Shown piece by piece: positions 1 through 13,124 of a stretch of DNA of 64,000 bases. The notes under the pieces were generated by a model, which worked only from the letters and a program-made list of their open reading frames with translations, made no database searches and was not told the DNA's origin. Within the stretch, counting starts at the first letter, position 1; every line of letters begins with the position of its first letter. Made by a program: the position numbers and the translations under genes. Source of the stretch: Cetorhinus maximus (Eukaryota); assembly GCF_964194155.1 (NCBI RefSeq), contig NC_135892.1:84940001-85004000 (forward strand). The letters are read 5' to 3'.

Positions 1-634
1 GGTCTGGCCCACTGGTTGGAGAACTGTTGGGGACCTGCCTTCTGTTCAGTACAGGAAGCCTGATGGAAACAGGTGCCCTTCAGGCACTTAATTGGTGGAC
101 GTAGGGCCTTCCACACATTTGAAGTTTAGTCCCGCCTGCTGCGAACTGCCGGCCAATCAGAGGCTAACAGCTTGGCTTTGCCACCACCAGCAGCAATAGC
201 AGCTGCTGGCAATGCACCCACCAGAGGCCCTGGATTGGATTGCTGAGGGACTCCAGGTCACAGGTGAATGAAGGGAGAATGGTAGTCACGGGGTTGGGAT
301 TATGGGTGAGGGGGTAGGGGGCAAGGGTGAAAGGGTGGCTTTCAGCAGTCCAATGCTGGGTCCCTCAATTGGGTGCAGAGTGCCTGATGGCGAGGAACCC
401 AACTACCTTTCCCCACAGGGGAGGCTGCTGGCAAACCTGACAATTGGCTCATTAATGAGCCTAATTGACATCCCGTCACCGGAAGCCAGGAATCCCACAT
501 CAGTCCCTTCTGCCCTCCGACTTAATCGCGGAAGGCTTTCCTGCTGTCAGGAGACTGATGCGTGTTCTCGCTTAGGATCAAATAGGCAAGGCTGCCATGG
601 TTTCCGCCATGACGAGCTACATAAAATCCAGTCC
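1..634. mobile_element. Harbinger-family non-autonomous element (MITE), right part
   Basis: Ends in TAAAATCCAGTCC (revcomp GGACTGGATTTTA), matching the GGGYDGRATTTT TIR of other copies in the window; GC-rich interior with TTAATTG motifs like the other MITEs. Confidence 0.6.
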
Positions 635-839
635 ATGGTGATAATGCTGATAGGTTGTACTGTTAGGAGTTATACATTTGTAATGTTTCACTTTGTAAGT
701 AAATATAAAACTGAGTAAAGATTGACTTCTGGTCTCCTCCTTTACCAACTGGCTGTCAGAAGTTTAACAGGCAGGACAGTGATAATATCGAGGCATACAC
801 ATGCTACACTGACAACACCCAGCCGTACCTCTCCAACAT

Positions 840-1255
840 AGCTTTCAACACCCACCACTACCTCTGTATTGTCAGACTGCTTGTGCGACATCCAGTTCTG
901 GATGACTGTAATTTCCTTCAGTTAAACATTGGGAAGATCGAAGCCTTCGTCTTTCACTCCTCACAAAGAACTCTGCATCTATGTCACAGTTTCACCTTCC
1001 CTCCCCCTCCACTCTCTCAGGCTGAAGTTCATTTATCACAACATTACCACCTTACTTTGACCCTTAGTTGAGCTTCCACCCTGATAATCTGTCCATCACA
1101 AAAAGATCACATACTTCCAACATTACTCTCTGCCTCCGCTTCTGCCCAACTGCTTCCAAAGCCCTCACCCATTCCTTTCTCATATCCAAAAATTATTGTT
1201 CCAAGGCTATTTTCCACTCTGGAGCTCCATAATCAGCATCAAACACTCCCTGCCG
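840..1255 (+). mobile_element. Old L2 LINE 3' RT fragment
   Basis: Degenerate L2-type peptide 'NFLQLNIGKIEAFVF' (cf. WMSxNFLQLNIGKTEAIVF). Confidence 0.6.
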
Positions 1256-1899
1256 TAGAAGTAAAGCCCCTTCTACATTTGCCTGAAAGCTGTTTCTTAA
1301 TCTTCAACTTCAAGGGTATATTCTTCCTGTAACAGTGTAATTTTCCATGACCCACATCTGAGCTTGTCAATGTGTAAAATGTCACGAGTGTCATTTATAA
1401 GTAGGAGTGATACAAATTGCACCTAAATACCTGGAGCTGTGTTTTATTTTTCATGTTGACACGTCAAAGCAGGCTACGTTTTTTTCAGACAAAATGAGTG
1501 TTTATCGAGTGACACTTGGTAGTTATCCTGACCAGCCAATTTGTGTCAAAACATTGTGGACCCTTTTCATCTCGTCAGTCTGTACTGGGTTCAAACATCG
1601 CTTTCAGATGTGAAGAAAGACTGTAGGGTGCACTACACTACCCATTGTCACTCTGTATTTGTGTTCTTTTGCTCCTGATACAACCTCTTTGCTTCATTAG
1701 TGCCATCAGTTTTTCCTTTTTGTAGTTTACAGATTTTCAAGTTCCAATTTGGTTAGAGGGAAAGGGTTCAAAAGCAATGTGCCTAAGCCCAGAAACAGGA
1801 AATGCACCACCACCTAACCTAAATGTCATAAACATATTTCCATAACTTTTCTCAGCCTCCCACCCGAACCGGACCAGGTCCCCTATCTGGCAGGCGAGT

Positions 1900-2105
1900 G
1901 GCAGGAAGCAGCAGCCGGCAACCCGTGAGAATGGCTCCTGCTGGAAGTACAGGCTGTGGACAGGATCAGCTTCTGCTGTGATGGCCTTCACAGTCAAATA
2001 GGCTGTCAGCACTCATTGTGTAAGCTCGCATGTGAAGAATGCAGGAAATGGCTGTGGAACCACATGACAGCTGAGTCATTGCCTTCAAGTGAAAATGAGA
2101 AAAAC
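1900..2105 (+). mobile_element. LF-SINE-like ancient SINE fragment
   Basis: GGACAGGATCAGCTTCTGCTGTGATG...GTCAAATAGGCTGTCAGCACTCATTGTGTAAGCTCGCATGTGAAGAATG resembles the LF-SINE-type core as recalled; not database-verified. Confidence 0.45.
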
Positions 2106-2619
2106 AGCATGCTTTAGTGCTAGAAAATAGCCTGACCTAGGGTTAGGGAAAAAGCTATGAAAGGGGCTTTTGGAACATTGACTTGGTAATTTCTTGAGCT
2201 GGGGGAGGGCTGAGACTGACATAAACCTGGGAGCCCCAAATTCATTTTATGTGGTGATAGGACAGCTATATTTGAATTGTAAGCTATATGATAAACTCAT
2301 TTTTGAAGATAGTTTAGGTGCATAACATGAACATATCTGGAAATGTAATGATACTGTCAAGTTGATGTGTTTATAAATTTTGCTATAGAGTTGATAAATT
2401 CAGCAGACTCTGGAGTTGTAGTAACAGTGTTCCACAGAGTCACAAAAGCTGTTATTCCCTCTCAGTGTAAAGCAGATTGTGGGACAAATAGAGAAAACAG
2501 CTGCAACATTTTCTTTTAATAAGAACAACTGCAGACTATGGGGGATACATTGGGTAAGGTGTGATTGTCTTGCACCCTGTACCCTTGAGGCAAGCAGCAT
2601 GTAAACTCCTTATCTAAAG

Positions 2620-5060
2620 AATTTCAGCATGTAGCCCGGATGCTGTATGTTCAACAGGGGGCCCAGCAAAGTGCACGGTTACCGCGATGCATAGCTAGCT
2701 TGGACCTCTTAAAGGCAGCTGTCCCTCTGAAAGAGGAGTTTCACCCATAACAGGAGCGACTGTAACTGTCTCTGGAATACTTGGCTGGAAGGAGAAGAAC
2801 AGCAAATGGAATAACAGGAAAGGGAGAGGGCTCCCATGTTTTCTGATGCATTGTGGGAGACATTCACAATAGAAGTGGAAAGCAAGAAAGATGCCATGTT
2901 CTTGCAAGAGGCTAGGAGACCTTCAAGGTGCACCCTGAGAAAGGAATGGGAGCCAGTTCAATGATCTCAGACGGTGGTCAAGGTCATTGAATGCAACTTC
3001 AAGTGACATCTTCCACCCACCATTTCACCATCATCTCACGCTGCTTAGTCCACTTCATCCCTCATTATCAGCAGCAATCTGAACTCATGCCTAACATTCA
3101 GGTACTCCACCTCACCCCCACACATACCAATGCTGCCAACCTCTCACATCTCACTGCTTTCACATACCTCTGTCGTGTTTGTATAATGATATAAAAACAC
3201 CAATCACTCATAAGGGATTGGGTAAACACATTGTGGGTCCATTTATTAAGGCTAGGCACATGAGAACAGATATACATGGATATAAAGCTTGAAGGCATCA
3301 GAGCTGTGGGTCTGTGCTCTGCTGAAAGAAAAAGCGAGCCTAAATCTGGATCGTATGACACACTCCTTTCTAGTGGTGTCATGCTCCTGTCCCTTAGAGG
3401 CATGTTACAACAACCTCCAGGAGGCACATCACATAAATACATTGCAACAACACACTCACTGACATTCTTCCCTCTTTCTTGCAGGTCTGGAGGACACAGT
3501 GCTCTACATCATGGGGCTGGCTGTGACTGAGGGCATTTCAATCAGCATCACCCGAGAACATTCAGGATGGCTGCGTTTCCCTGCCTGAAACCCTGCCTCA
3601 CCGTTAACCTGTCAGTTGTCATGAAATGCAAGCTGCAGGTGGTGTGACCACAGACTTCCTCCTCTACGTTTTTGCCTTCAGATACCCAAGACCTGCTGCC
3701 TGACCAGACAGTGCAGCTTCATCATGAAAGGTGAAAGCGATACCAGACTTCTGCTGAAGAAGCACTATCACTTTGTCAGACACTTGCAGTAACAGCTCAG
3801 ATACTGGCACTGCACGCACTTTGGAGGGTAGCACAGAGTCAGGATCAACCCATGATGAGCCACTGGGCGGCAGTGGGTCACAGCCAGGCCATAGGGATAG
3901 GGTAGTTCATGTGTCAGCTCATTAGACAAGTTCTGCTGATGAGGCCTCAGATGAGGATTTTGATGGGTTAGTGTACAGGAGAACACTGTTGCTCATGCAC
4001 ACTGAAATTCTTGGTGCATTGGCAGACCTGCCAAAGAGCCTCTTGTTATTGTCAAGGAGCATGGAGGAGTCTTGCTCCAATTTTATATGAGACTTCATGC
4101 AGGGTTTGGAGCCTACCCTTTCCAGTGTGGAAGGGGTGGCTAACTCCATGACACCACTTATGGCCCCGCCCATGCTGCAGCATCTCAGCTTCCATTGTAA
4201 CACAGGCAGAAACCACCCACTACCGCAGTGCTGCAGTGGAGGCTCAGATTGAGGTCATGAGAGCAGTGCTTGGTGCTATGCAGGCTCAGACTGCTCTCAC
4301 CATGACTGCAGATATCAGTGTTGAAAGAGGGGTATAGGCTCTGACAGCAGTCCAGCAATCTGTCCTCTAACAGATTACCAGGATTACTGAGCAGCTTCAC
4401 CTGGGGAGTGGCAGTGACTCCATGGAGCACAAACCTGCTCTCCTGTCTCAGGATAATAACATTTGTGCTCCCACCATTGCCACTTCACGAGTGCCCTTGT
4501 TGGAGCCTATCAGCCAGTCCAGGCTGCTGCCACCCACGTCAAGGTGGTGCAGTCCAAAGCTGGGCTCATAATGCTTGCAGCTACTCAGGGTTGTCCTGCA
4601 AGGCCACCTGCAATCCCCCCCCACCCCAGTGAAAATCAGCACCATTCCCTTAAAAATCCCAAAAGTTTTGTAAGACTGCTCCGATAACACAGAACATAAC
4701 ACTTCCATTAGCTTTACACCAACAAAAGTAAATCAAAAGCACCTCACCTGGATGTGGTTGACCCTTTAAATAGTGCTAGAGCTCAGGGGAGAGCAGTTTG
4801 TGAGGTTAGGGGTTGGTTGTGTGGAGAGGGGCCTGGTGCATTTGAGCACGTGTTCAGCTGGGAGTGATTAAGAGAGGGTGTTACCAGATCCCTGAGGTCC
4901 AAAATGGCAAATCGGCTTTAGAGGCTGTTAGAAGATTATGACCTGCCCGCTCTGCATGCTTCTGGTGCACACACGGCATGCTCACGCTAACTTGTCAGTG
5001 TGTGCCCTGTAGGCTGCTCGAAAAGTGGCTGAAGTGTTGCGGCCTTGATTTTTTGAATTT
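2620..5060 (+). mobile_element. Old, decayed Harbinger element carrying a Myb/SANT-gene relic
   Basis: ~2807-2985 translates as ME*QERERAPMFSDALWETFTIEVESKKDAMF...RKEWE...FNDL (Myb/SANT-like N-terminus); ~3950-4080 gives SDEDFDGLVYRRTLLLMHTEILGALADLPKSLLLLSRSMEES (coiled-coil C-terminus); TTTAAA boxes near both ends as in the intact copy. Confidence 0.6.
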
Positions 5061-5904
5061 GGAGCTTATATGTTTATGGAAGGACATCAGGGTGAAGGAT
5101 GTGATGGATCTTTACATGAACTGTAGTTTCAATGACCAAGTCTCCCCCTGTTGGTAATTTTATTTCCTCTGCTTTGCCGTTCAGCATTCTTTACCAAACA
5201 CTTTCATCTCATCAGATATCACAAGCACAGCAGACTAGGGTAATAATGCAATGCTACAAAATTTTCATCCAGTTCTTACCTTTAATGTCTTGTAGAAATT
5301 TTACCGGACTGTGTTCGATAATTAATCCTGGATGAGCTTTTGTTTACTGATCAGGTCAAAATTGCAAGTTGTACTCAGCTTGCATAAATGCAAAGCTAAT
5401 TACCCAATTAAACTGGGTATGACTGATGCCTAAAGGACTATAGGTAGTAAGGATTGTGTTTTATGTACGTAGTTAAATGATGTAACGGAATGGACAGGCC
5501 AGAACACCAAGCATATAGAAGTAATAATCATTTTGGAATGGATGTTTAAATAACATCAAACAGTTGTCAATGTTGAATTAATTTTGGGTGCTCAATTTTA
5601 CAGGGAGATAATTGGGTCAACAGTAAGACTAGGCATTCGAAAAGGAGAAAATGCCTTTAGCCCTTCATGCTTGCTGCACTGAGAGTCCATGTATGTTTGT
5701 CCAATTGTAGACTCCTCCCTGCACCACGCTCACACCATCTGTGATCCCTTCTTAAAAGGAAGGATAAATTCCTTTCCTCCTTCATTGGAACAAAGCTCAA
5801 CCATTGCTATTAATATCTTTATAATCTGCAGTTCTCTGTCAACTGGTATCAAGAAAACCTTTTTAAAGGCATCAGTAACCATGAATCAATATTGTTAAGA
5901 ACAA

Positions 5905-7282
5905 TGATTAGCTGGAGAACAGCTAATGTGGTTCTGCTACTTAAGAAGGGTTGTAGAGATAAGCCAGGGAACTACAAGCCAGTGAGTCTCATGTCAGTGG
6001 TAGGGAAACTATTGGAGAAATTTCTGAAGGAGAGAATCTTTCTCCACTTGGAGAGGCAAGGTTTGATCAGGGATAGTCAGCATGGCTTTGTCAGAGGGAG
6101 GTCATGCCTAACAAATTTGATTGAATTTTTTGAGGAGGTGACCAGGTGTGTAGATGAGGGTAGTGTAGTTGATGTAGTTTATATGGATTTCAGCAAAACC
6201 TTTGACAAGGTCCCACATGGGAGACTTATAAAGAAGGCAAATGCACATGGGATACAGGTAATTCGATAAGGTAGATTCAAAATTGGCTTAGTTGTAGGAG
6301 ACAGAGGGTGAAGACAGAAGGATGCTTTAGTGACTGGAAGCCAGTGTCCAGTGGTGTACCACAGGGATCTGTGCTCGGTCCCCTATTATTCGTCATTTAT
6401 ATAAACGACATAGATGACTATGTAGGGGGTAGGATTAGTAAGTTTGCGGATGACACAAAGATTGGCCGGGTGGTTAACAGTGAGGTTGAGTGTCTTGGGC
6501 TACAGGAAGATATAGACGGGATGGTCAAATGGGCAGATAAGTGGCAGATGGAATTTAACCCTGAAAAGTGTGAGGTGATACACTTTGGAAGGAGTAATTT
6601 GACAAGGAAGTATTCAATGAATAGCATGGCACTAGGAAGTTCTGAGGGACAAAGGGACCTTGCCGTGTGTGCCCATAGATCTCTGAAGGTGGAGGGGCAT
6701 GTTAGTGGGGTGGTGAAAAAGGCATATGGGACACTTTCCTTTATCAATCGAGGCATAGATTACAAAAGTAGGGAGGTCATGTTGGAGTTGTATAGAACCT
6801 TGGTGAAGCCACAGCTGGATCTCTGTGTGCAATTCTGGTTGCCACATTATAGGAAGGATGTGATTGCTCTGGAGGGGGTGCAGAGGAGATTCACCAGGAT
6901 TTTGCTTGGGATGAAACATTTAAGTTATGAGGAGAGGTTGGATAGACTTGGGTTGTTTTCGTTGGAGCAGAGAAGACTGAGGGGCAACCTGATTGAGGTG
7001 TACAAGATTATGAGGGGCATGGACAGGGTGTATAGGGAGCAGCTGTTCCCCTTAGTTGAAGTGTCAGTCACGAGGGGACATAAGTTCAAGGTGAGGGGCA
7101 GGAGGTTTAGGGGGGATGTGAGGAAAAACTTTTTTACCCAGAGGGTGGTGACGGTCTGGAATGCACTGCCTGGGAGGGTGGTGGAGGCGGGTTGCCTCAC
7201 ATCCTTTAAAAAGTACCTGGATGAGCATGTGGCACATCATAACATTCAAGGCTATGGGCCAAGTGCTGGTAAATGGGATTAG
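5905..7282 (+). pseudogene. CR1 ORF2 reverse transcriptase, frameshift/stop near 6255-6275
   Basis: ORFs 5892-6269 and 6308-7282 are in different frames and are consecutive parts of the CR1 RT. Confidence 0.9.
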
Positions 7283-7370
7283 GTATGTAGGTCTGGTGTT
7301 TCTCACGTGTCGGTGCAGACTCGATGGGCCGAAGGGCCTCTTCTACACTGTGATCCTGTGATTCTGTGAT
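5905..7370 (+). mobile_element. CR1 LINE, 5'-truncated, relatively young
   Basis: RT motifs PGNYKPVSL, QHGF, VYMDFSKTFDKVPH, GVPQGSVLGP, KFADD, FFTQRVV; 3' UTR ending in (GATTCTGT)-type repeats. Confidence 0.95.
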
Positions 7371-7378
7371 GATGGAAT

Positions 7379-7625
7379 CAGAAAGAAAGACTTGAATTGA
7401 TATAGCACCTTTCATGACCATCGGATGCCTCAAAGCGCTACTGTCAATGAAGTATTTTTGAAGTGTAATGGCTGTTGTAATGTAGGAAATGCAGCAGACA
7501 ATTTGCACACAGCAAGTTCCCACAAACAACAAAGTGACAATGACCAGATAATCTGTTTTTGTGATGTTGAGGAATAAATAATGGCCAGGACACCGGGAAT
7601 AGTTCTCATGCTCTTTGTCAAAATA
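7379..7625 (-). mobile_element. SacSINE1/DeuSINE-like SINE, 3' half
   Basis: GAAAGAAAGACTTG..TATAGCACCTTTCATGACC...GCACACAGCAAGTTCCCACAAAC...GGCCAGGACACCGGG; continues at ~9179 after an insertion. Confidence 0.8.
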
Positions 7626-9177
7626 CAGGTATCTCCCGTTTAAAGCGTGTTCTAATGAGACATTTCGTTTTAGCGTGGTTTGTAAATTAACAATGCTCCC
7701 CAAAAATCGCTGCCTCCATTTTCATTTTAGCATGCTCAACCTTTGAAAACTAACTACCACTTCCCTCCCCAGCCCTCCCACCACCCTCCTGCTTACCACC
7801 TCCCTCCCTGACCCTCCTCACCGCCTCCTCCCCTCGACCCTCACACTCACCGCCACCCTCCTGCTTACCACCTCCCTCCCTGACCCTCCTCACCACCTCC
7901 TCCCCTCGACCCTCCCGCTCACCACCACCCTCCTGCTTACCACATCCCTCCCCGACCCTCCTCACCGCCTCCTCCCCTCGACCCTCACACTCACCGCCAC
8001 CCTGCTGCTTACCACCTCCCTCCCCGACCCTCCTCACCACCTCCTCCCCTCAGCCCTCCTGCTCACCGCCACCCTCCTGCTTACCACCTCCCTCCCCGAC
8101 CCTCCTCACCGCCTCCTCCCCTCAGCCCTCCCACTCACCGCCACCCTCCTGCTCACCACCTCCCTTCCTGACCCTCCCACTCACCGCCTACCCCCCGATC
8201 CTCCTGCTTACCACCTTCCCTCGATCCTCCTGCTCACCACCTCCCTCCCCGACCCTCCTGCTCACCGCCTCCTCCCCTCAGCCCTCCCACTCAGCGCCAC
8301 CCTCCTGCTCACCACCTCCCTTCCCGACCCTCCTGCTCACCTCCTTCCCTCGATCCTCCTGCTCACCGCCTCCCTCCCCGACCCTTCTCCTCACCGCCTC
8401 CCTCCCCGGCCCTCCTGCTCACTGCCTCCTCCCCTCAACCTTCCCACTCACCGCCTCCCCCGCCATCTCTCCTCCTCACCGCCTCCCCCCGATCCCCCCC
8501 CACTCACCGCCTCCCCCCGACCTTCCCACTCACTGCCTTCCTCCCCGACCCTCTTGTTTGCCACCTTCCTCCACAACCCTCCCGCTCTCTGCTTCCCTCC
8601 CTTACGGTACAATCTGCGCTTTTCACCACCCACCTTGCTCCCTCCCTCCAACCCACTCCCAGCTCCTCTCTCTCCCTCATTTGCTTCCTCCCTTTCGCTG
8701 CCCCTGTCCCGAGCCCTGGCTCACATAAAGTGTTCCGGAGAGCGAAGCGGTGAGCAGGAGAGGGAAGTGGCAAGCGGGAATGTTGGGTAGGGAAGCAGTG
8801 AGCGGGAGAGTCAACAAGCAAGAGAGGCGCTGATCGGGAGGATTGTTAGAGTTGGTGAACGGAAGGGTTGGTAAGGTCGGCGAGCGGGAGCATGGGGGGT
8901 GGGAAGTGGAGAGTGGGAGGGGCGGCTAACAAGGGAGGTAGCGAGCTGGGGGCAATTAAAAAGAGCTGGTAAGTTATTAAGAGTTCTTAAGTTATTAAAA
9001 GTTAGTAAGAAGATCTCTGGGCCAGTTAGGTTCAAGGCAGCCAATAGATTTTTAATGTAAAAATCACAGGTCAGGTACGTAACCCATCCTTATGGTTTCT
9101 TATGGGAAAGCGATTTTTGTTTAGCAGGCTGATTTTTTTTTAGAAATGCACAAGGAGTTCTAACAAGAGACAGTTGC
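7626..9177. mobile_element. Tigger/pogo-like non-autonomous DNA element inserted at a TA inside the SINE
   Basis: Begins TA|CAGGTATCTCCCGTTT; degenerate inverted end ...AACAAGAGACAGTTG|CA; cleanly interrupts the SINE at AAATA^GTGC. Confidence 0.55.
7765..8560. repeat. C-rich minisatellite, ~72-bp unit decaying to ~24-bp subunits
   Basis: Repeated CCTCCTGCTTACCACCTCCCTCCCCGACCCTCCTCACCGCC...; 24-aa periodicity in the minus-strand ORF 7750-8040. Confidence 0.9.
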
Positions 9178-9178
9178 A

Positions 9179-9375
9179 GTGCATTGGGATCTTTTACATT
9201 CACTTGAGAGGCAGTCAGGGCCTCAGTTTAACTTTGCATTCAAAAGGCAGCATGCCCTCTGTACTGCACTGGAGTCCCAGCCTTGATTTTTGTGCTGAAG
9301 CCCTGGAGTGGAATCTTTAACCCACAATTTTGGCTCAGAGACGAAAATGCTTCTACCCGAGCCACTGCTGATACT
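9179..9375 (-). mobile_element. SacSINE1/DeuSINE-like SINE, 5' half with tRNA head
   Basis: GGGATCTTTTACATTCAC...GTACTGCACTGGAG...AACCCACAA...GAGCCACTGCTGATAC, contiguous with 7379-7625. Confidence 0.75.
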
Positions 9376-9734
9376 GAATGAAACTGAGACATTAACTGCA
9401 TGAGACAGTAACTTAATAGAGAGAAGAATAACATAAAGTCCACAATCCAGAATTTAAGAGGGAATGGGATGGATGAGTCTTTAAATGGATGGTCCAGCAT
9501 TGCTGGCTGTGTTCCCAAAGGAATTGTGTGCACCACCATTTTTAACTGCTGGGACTTCAGAGGCGTCAGCACTGCCCACTGTAGACAGGGTGAGGCCTCA
9601 GTAATATATTCAAAAGTCTGGGTTTGCTGAAATAATTTGGATATCAACACAATTTTAACCTTGGGTAATGCAAGTTGCACGCAGTGCAGGACCAGCAGGT
9701 GAGAGACACAAGATATTGATACATTGGACAGTGA

Positions 9735-10130
9735 AAACAACAACAACTTGTATTTACATAGCACCTTTAACATAGTGAAGTATCCCAAGGCACTTCAAAG
9801 GAGCATTATCAAGCAACCTTTGACCCCGAACCACATAAGAAGATATTCTCACAGGTGACTAAAACTTGGCCATGAAGGTAGGTTTCAAGGAGCATCTTAA
9901 AGGAGAGAGAGACAGAGACAGAGAAGTTTAGTGAGGAGATTCTAGGGCTTTGAGCTTCGGCAGCTGAAAGTACGGCCGCCAGTGGTGGAACAATGAAAAT
10001 TTGGGATGCGCTAGAGGCCAGAATTAGAGAAGTGCAGATATCTCGGACGGTTGTAGGTATGAAGGAGATTACAGAGATAGGGCAGAGGTGAGGGGCAAGG
10101 AGGGGTGTGAAAACAGGGAGCGACAGGGCA
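9735..10130 (-). mobile_element. L2 LINE 3' end
   Basis: (AAC)n tail then TTGTATTTACATAGCACCTTTAAC...CCACATAAG...GGAGCATCTTAAAGGAG; same family as 43370 and 56190. Confidence 0.8.
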
Positions 10131-10699
10131 TGACAAAGTTTAAAGCTTTGATTTAGCACATAAACAGATTCCTATCCCTGAAGGCTTTGGATTCATAGTT
10201 TTTAGACAGAAAGATAAATTTATGTAGCCCACAGCGCTTCTCTTTGCTAAACTTGCCAATGCTTACAGTGCACAAAATCTATAAAGAAGTCAATTTTGTC
10301 CCTGTGCTTTTATCTGTCTTCACATGTGTCAGTGTGTGAAAATTTAGAATGTGACTTTTTGTTGTGGTTAAGTTGTAGCCTGCCAAGCTCTGATTTCGAT
10401 GTGCTGTATAGATTTGCAATATTTAATCTTGTTTATTCTACTTGGGCTAAATTTCTGACTCCTACAGGCTAGAGAGAGCTTTGGGTGCGTGTGGACAAAA
10501 CTGTCCGACTAGCTGGAAAATTTTAAACGTGTTGGAAACTTGTGTCAACAGGGTCATCATCTCCATTGAAATAAACCTGCGTTCAGTTCCTAAAGTATAA
10601 AGTGCTCAATAGTCAACCGAACACTTCAGTAGGTCAGCATAGCCAAGCACTGTGATCCCCATGGAATAGGCTCTTTCAAATAGTCGCACAACAGCTGAC

Positions 10700-10950
10700 T
10701 GTACTGGAAATCTGAAACAGAAATAGAAAAAAAAGCTTGTAACATTCAGCATGTGTAGCACAATCTGTGAAAAAGGAAAAAAAGTTCACTTTTCAGGAGG
10801 AGTTGTTTATCTGAAACATTAACGCCTCACGTGTCGGTGCAGACTCGATGGGCCGAAGGGCCTCTTCTACACTGTGATTCTGTGATTAACCTTTTACCAG
10901 AGATGCCACCGGATCAGCTGAGGGTTTGCAACCTTTTTCTATTTCTGTAG
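10700..10950. mobile_element. Penelope-like short inverted-repeat element, degenerate
   Basis: CTGGAAATCTGAAACAGAAATAGAA...CTGAAACATTAAC...AGATGCCACC...CTGAG, similar to 41390-41558. Confidence 0.45.
10824..10884 (+). mobile_element. Extremely 5'-truncated CR1 (3' UTR only) with ATTAAC TSD
   Basis: Identical over ~53 nt to the 3' end of the CR1 at 7302-7354; flanked by ATTAAC at 10818-10823 and 10885-10890. Confidence 0.9.
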
Positions 10951-11469
10951 CCCACTTAGAACCTGATATCAAAGTTAAACTGTCACTTTTATTTCCCGGT
11001 CAGGCAAAACTAAAATCATAACTGCACAATTAGAATCACTATTTCACATTGAGTTGGAGGAAATGAGGAAGACGTGAATACTGTATATATTCGTGTACAA
11101 GACTGGAAGTTTAGATTCTTTTTATGCTGGCTGCAGTTGAAGGCTAGGTCATGCTCCAGGGGAGTATTATATTTCCTGACTAATGACAGGACAGAGAATC
11201 CCTTCCAGTGGTCAAACACACAGTCAGCGTACACATGATAAGTACACTACCACACCAGGAGCTGAACAGAGTTCCAACCAACATGTTACTATACTTTGGA
11301 ACAACTTTTCTCCCCTCTTTATCCCCACAGTTTTACTCTCATACAAAGAGGGTTAATGGCCCCTCCTCGTCACACCTGATTTGTACCTTTAGGCTGCCAT
11401 CAAACTCTGTCCTTTTTCTATCGCCAGGATGCAGACTCATATTCTGATGCGCTGCATTAAATAATATAA

Positions 11470-11628
11470 ATCCTGACTAACAAGGGAGTCAAGGATTATT
11501 GGGGGTAGGCAGAATGTGGAGTTGAGGCCACAATCAGACCAGCCATGGTCTTATTGAATGGCAGAGCAGGCTCGAGGGGCAGAATGGCCAACTCTTGCTC
11601 CTAACTAACTCCTATGTTTGTATGTTCA
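11470..11628 (+). mobile_element. CR1 3' end fragment (second subfamily)
   Basis: CAGCCATGGTCTTATTGAATGGCAGAGCAGGCTCGAGGGGC...(TATGTT)n, same family as the 3' end at 48600-48690. Confidence 0.8.
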
Positions 11629-12076
11629 ATTGGAATTGCCCCTTGAGTGTCAAAAAGCAAATGTGTTTGGAGTGACAATATCACAAATGCAGGTCCCTTT
11701 AAGAGTAAACCAGGACATGCTTCAGAGTGAATCGGGAGCAGGTGATGCTCATTGAAGCCTGTACTTAAGAGCTGGGTTTTACCCTGGGGGGTGGGTTTGT
11801 TTCTGGACAGGGAAAAGATTTGGAAGGGAAGAGTGGAATCTGGTGTTTGTTCTGGACTATAGTTTAACATTAAAACAGTTGTGATTCACAGAATGTCTTT
11901 TGCTGCCTGATTTGATAAATTAACCTATCAGATATGGAGAACTTTAAGATCTGATTTTCAATTTATTTTCTATTTAGTAGATGGAGGTTGTATTTTAAAT
12001 GTAGCTTGTGTTAGGGACAGAATTTGTCTGGTCCCCTTCCAGTCTATAATCAAGATGTTTGTGTGCCAGGTTTGTG

Positions 12077-12990
12077 TGTTACCTAACCCTCTGAGTGATT
12101 TTTCTTAATTTAAAGTAAATTCCAGCAGCAGGCTTCCTGGTGATTTTTAAAAAATAAAGAAGGTTATTAATACACACTTGCCCCGGATGTTTGAAAGCAA
12201 TGTCTCAATCCCTCTTCTCGCTCACTATCACACGCGTGAAAATTAGATACAGATGAAGTTAAACCCACAACGATAAGAATGGAATCTGTAACCCGTATCT
12301 GTATTGATGCAGCCCGATGTCGTCTTTGTTGAGTTGATACTTTAGTTGGAGTGAAGGTCTTTTAGAAACAAAGAATCCTCATGAAGCTGTGAAGCCTCTT
12401 GTAGATGAATAGCCAGTAGGCTGGTTCTCAGGTGGACTTGGAAGCTGGAATGAGTACAGTACTTTGGCCACATTAGAAGACATGATGATGATAGTCCAGC
12501 TGTTTCAGATATTTCCTGGTGCTTCACATGTTTGTCACACAGATTTGCTTTTCAGGTTGCACTACACTGCAATCCCTGAAAGTTAGTTTCTGTCACATGA
12601 CTGCAGGGATACTACTTCTGGGGTCCAGACCACCATGATACAATAGCAGTTGGCAATGGTGATTCACTCTTATCTCTGTCCCATCTTAAGCTCAAATAGT
12701 CTCCTTTGTGCGATATGGTACTGAAGCCAACAGTCTCGCAATCCCATATTCCTCAAATACTGGTTCATCCTTAAACAAGCAAATGTTTAAATTTCACAGG
12801 TGGCTGTGAAGCACCCTTATCTAGTTCCATGTTTAACTAAATATTGACCACAGAATCAAATACTGTCCACCAGTTTAAATGTCCATTATTATATGTTAAG
12901 TTGCAGCAATCTTAAACAGAGTTTGTGGTCATTTTCACAAAGTATGATCTTACAGTCCATAATATCTTCATGCTTATACTGAGCATGACA
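12077..12990. mobile_element. Possible solo LTR
   Basis: TGTTA...TGACA termini and LTR-like composition; TSD not clean. Confidence 0.3.
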
Positions 12991-13124
12991 CTTGGAAAGA
13001 GGGATTAGCAGGTTAGGAACCTAAGAAAGGGGGGAACGGACCAGGGGTTTTAGAGTTAGGCGCCTGCTATAGGTTGTTCAAGTCTCCGAAGCAAGTCTCT
13101 TAAAGCACTAAGGAGTACCACCAG

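Noticed and set aside
7750-8821. Gly/Glu-rich repeat proteins
   Set aside because: These are translations of a low-complexity minisatellite with no splice or promoter support.
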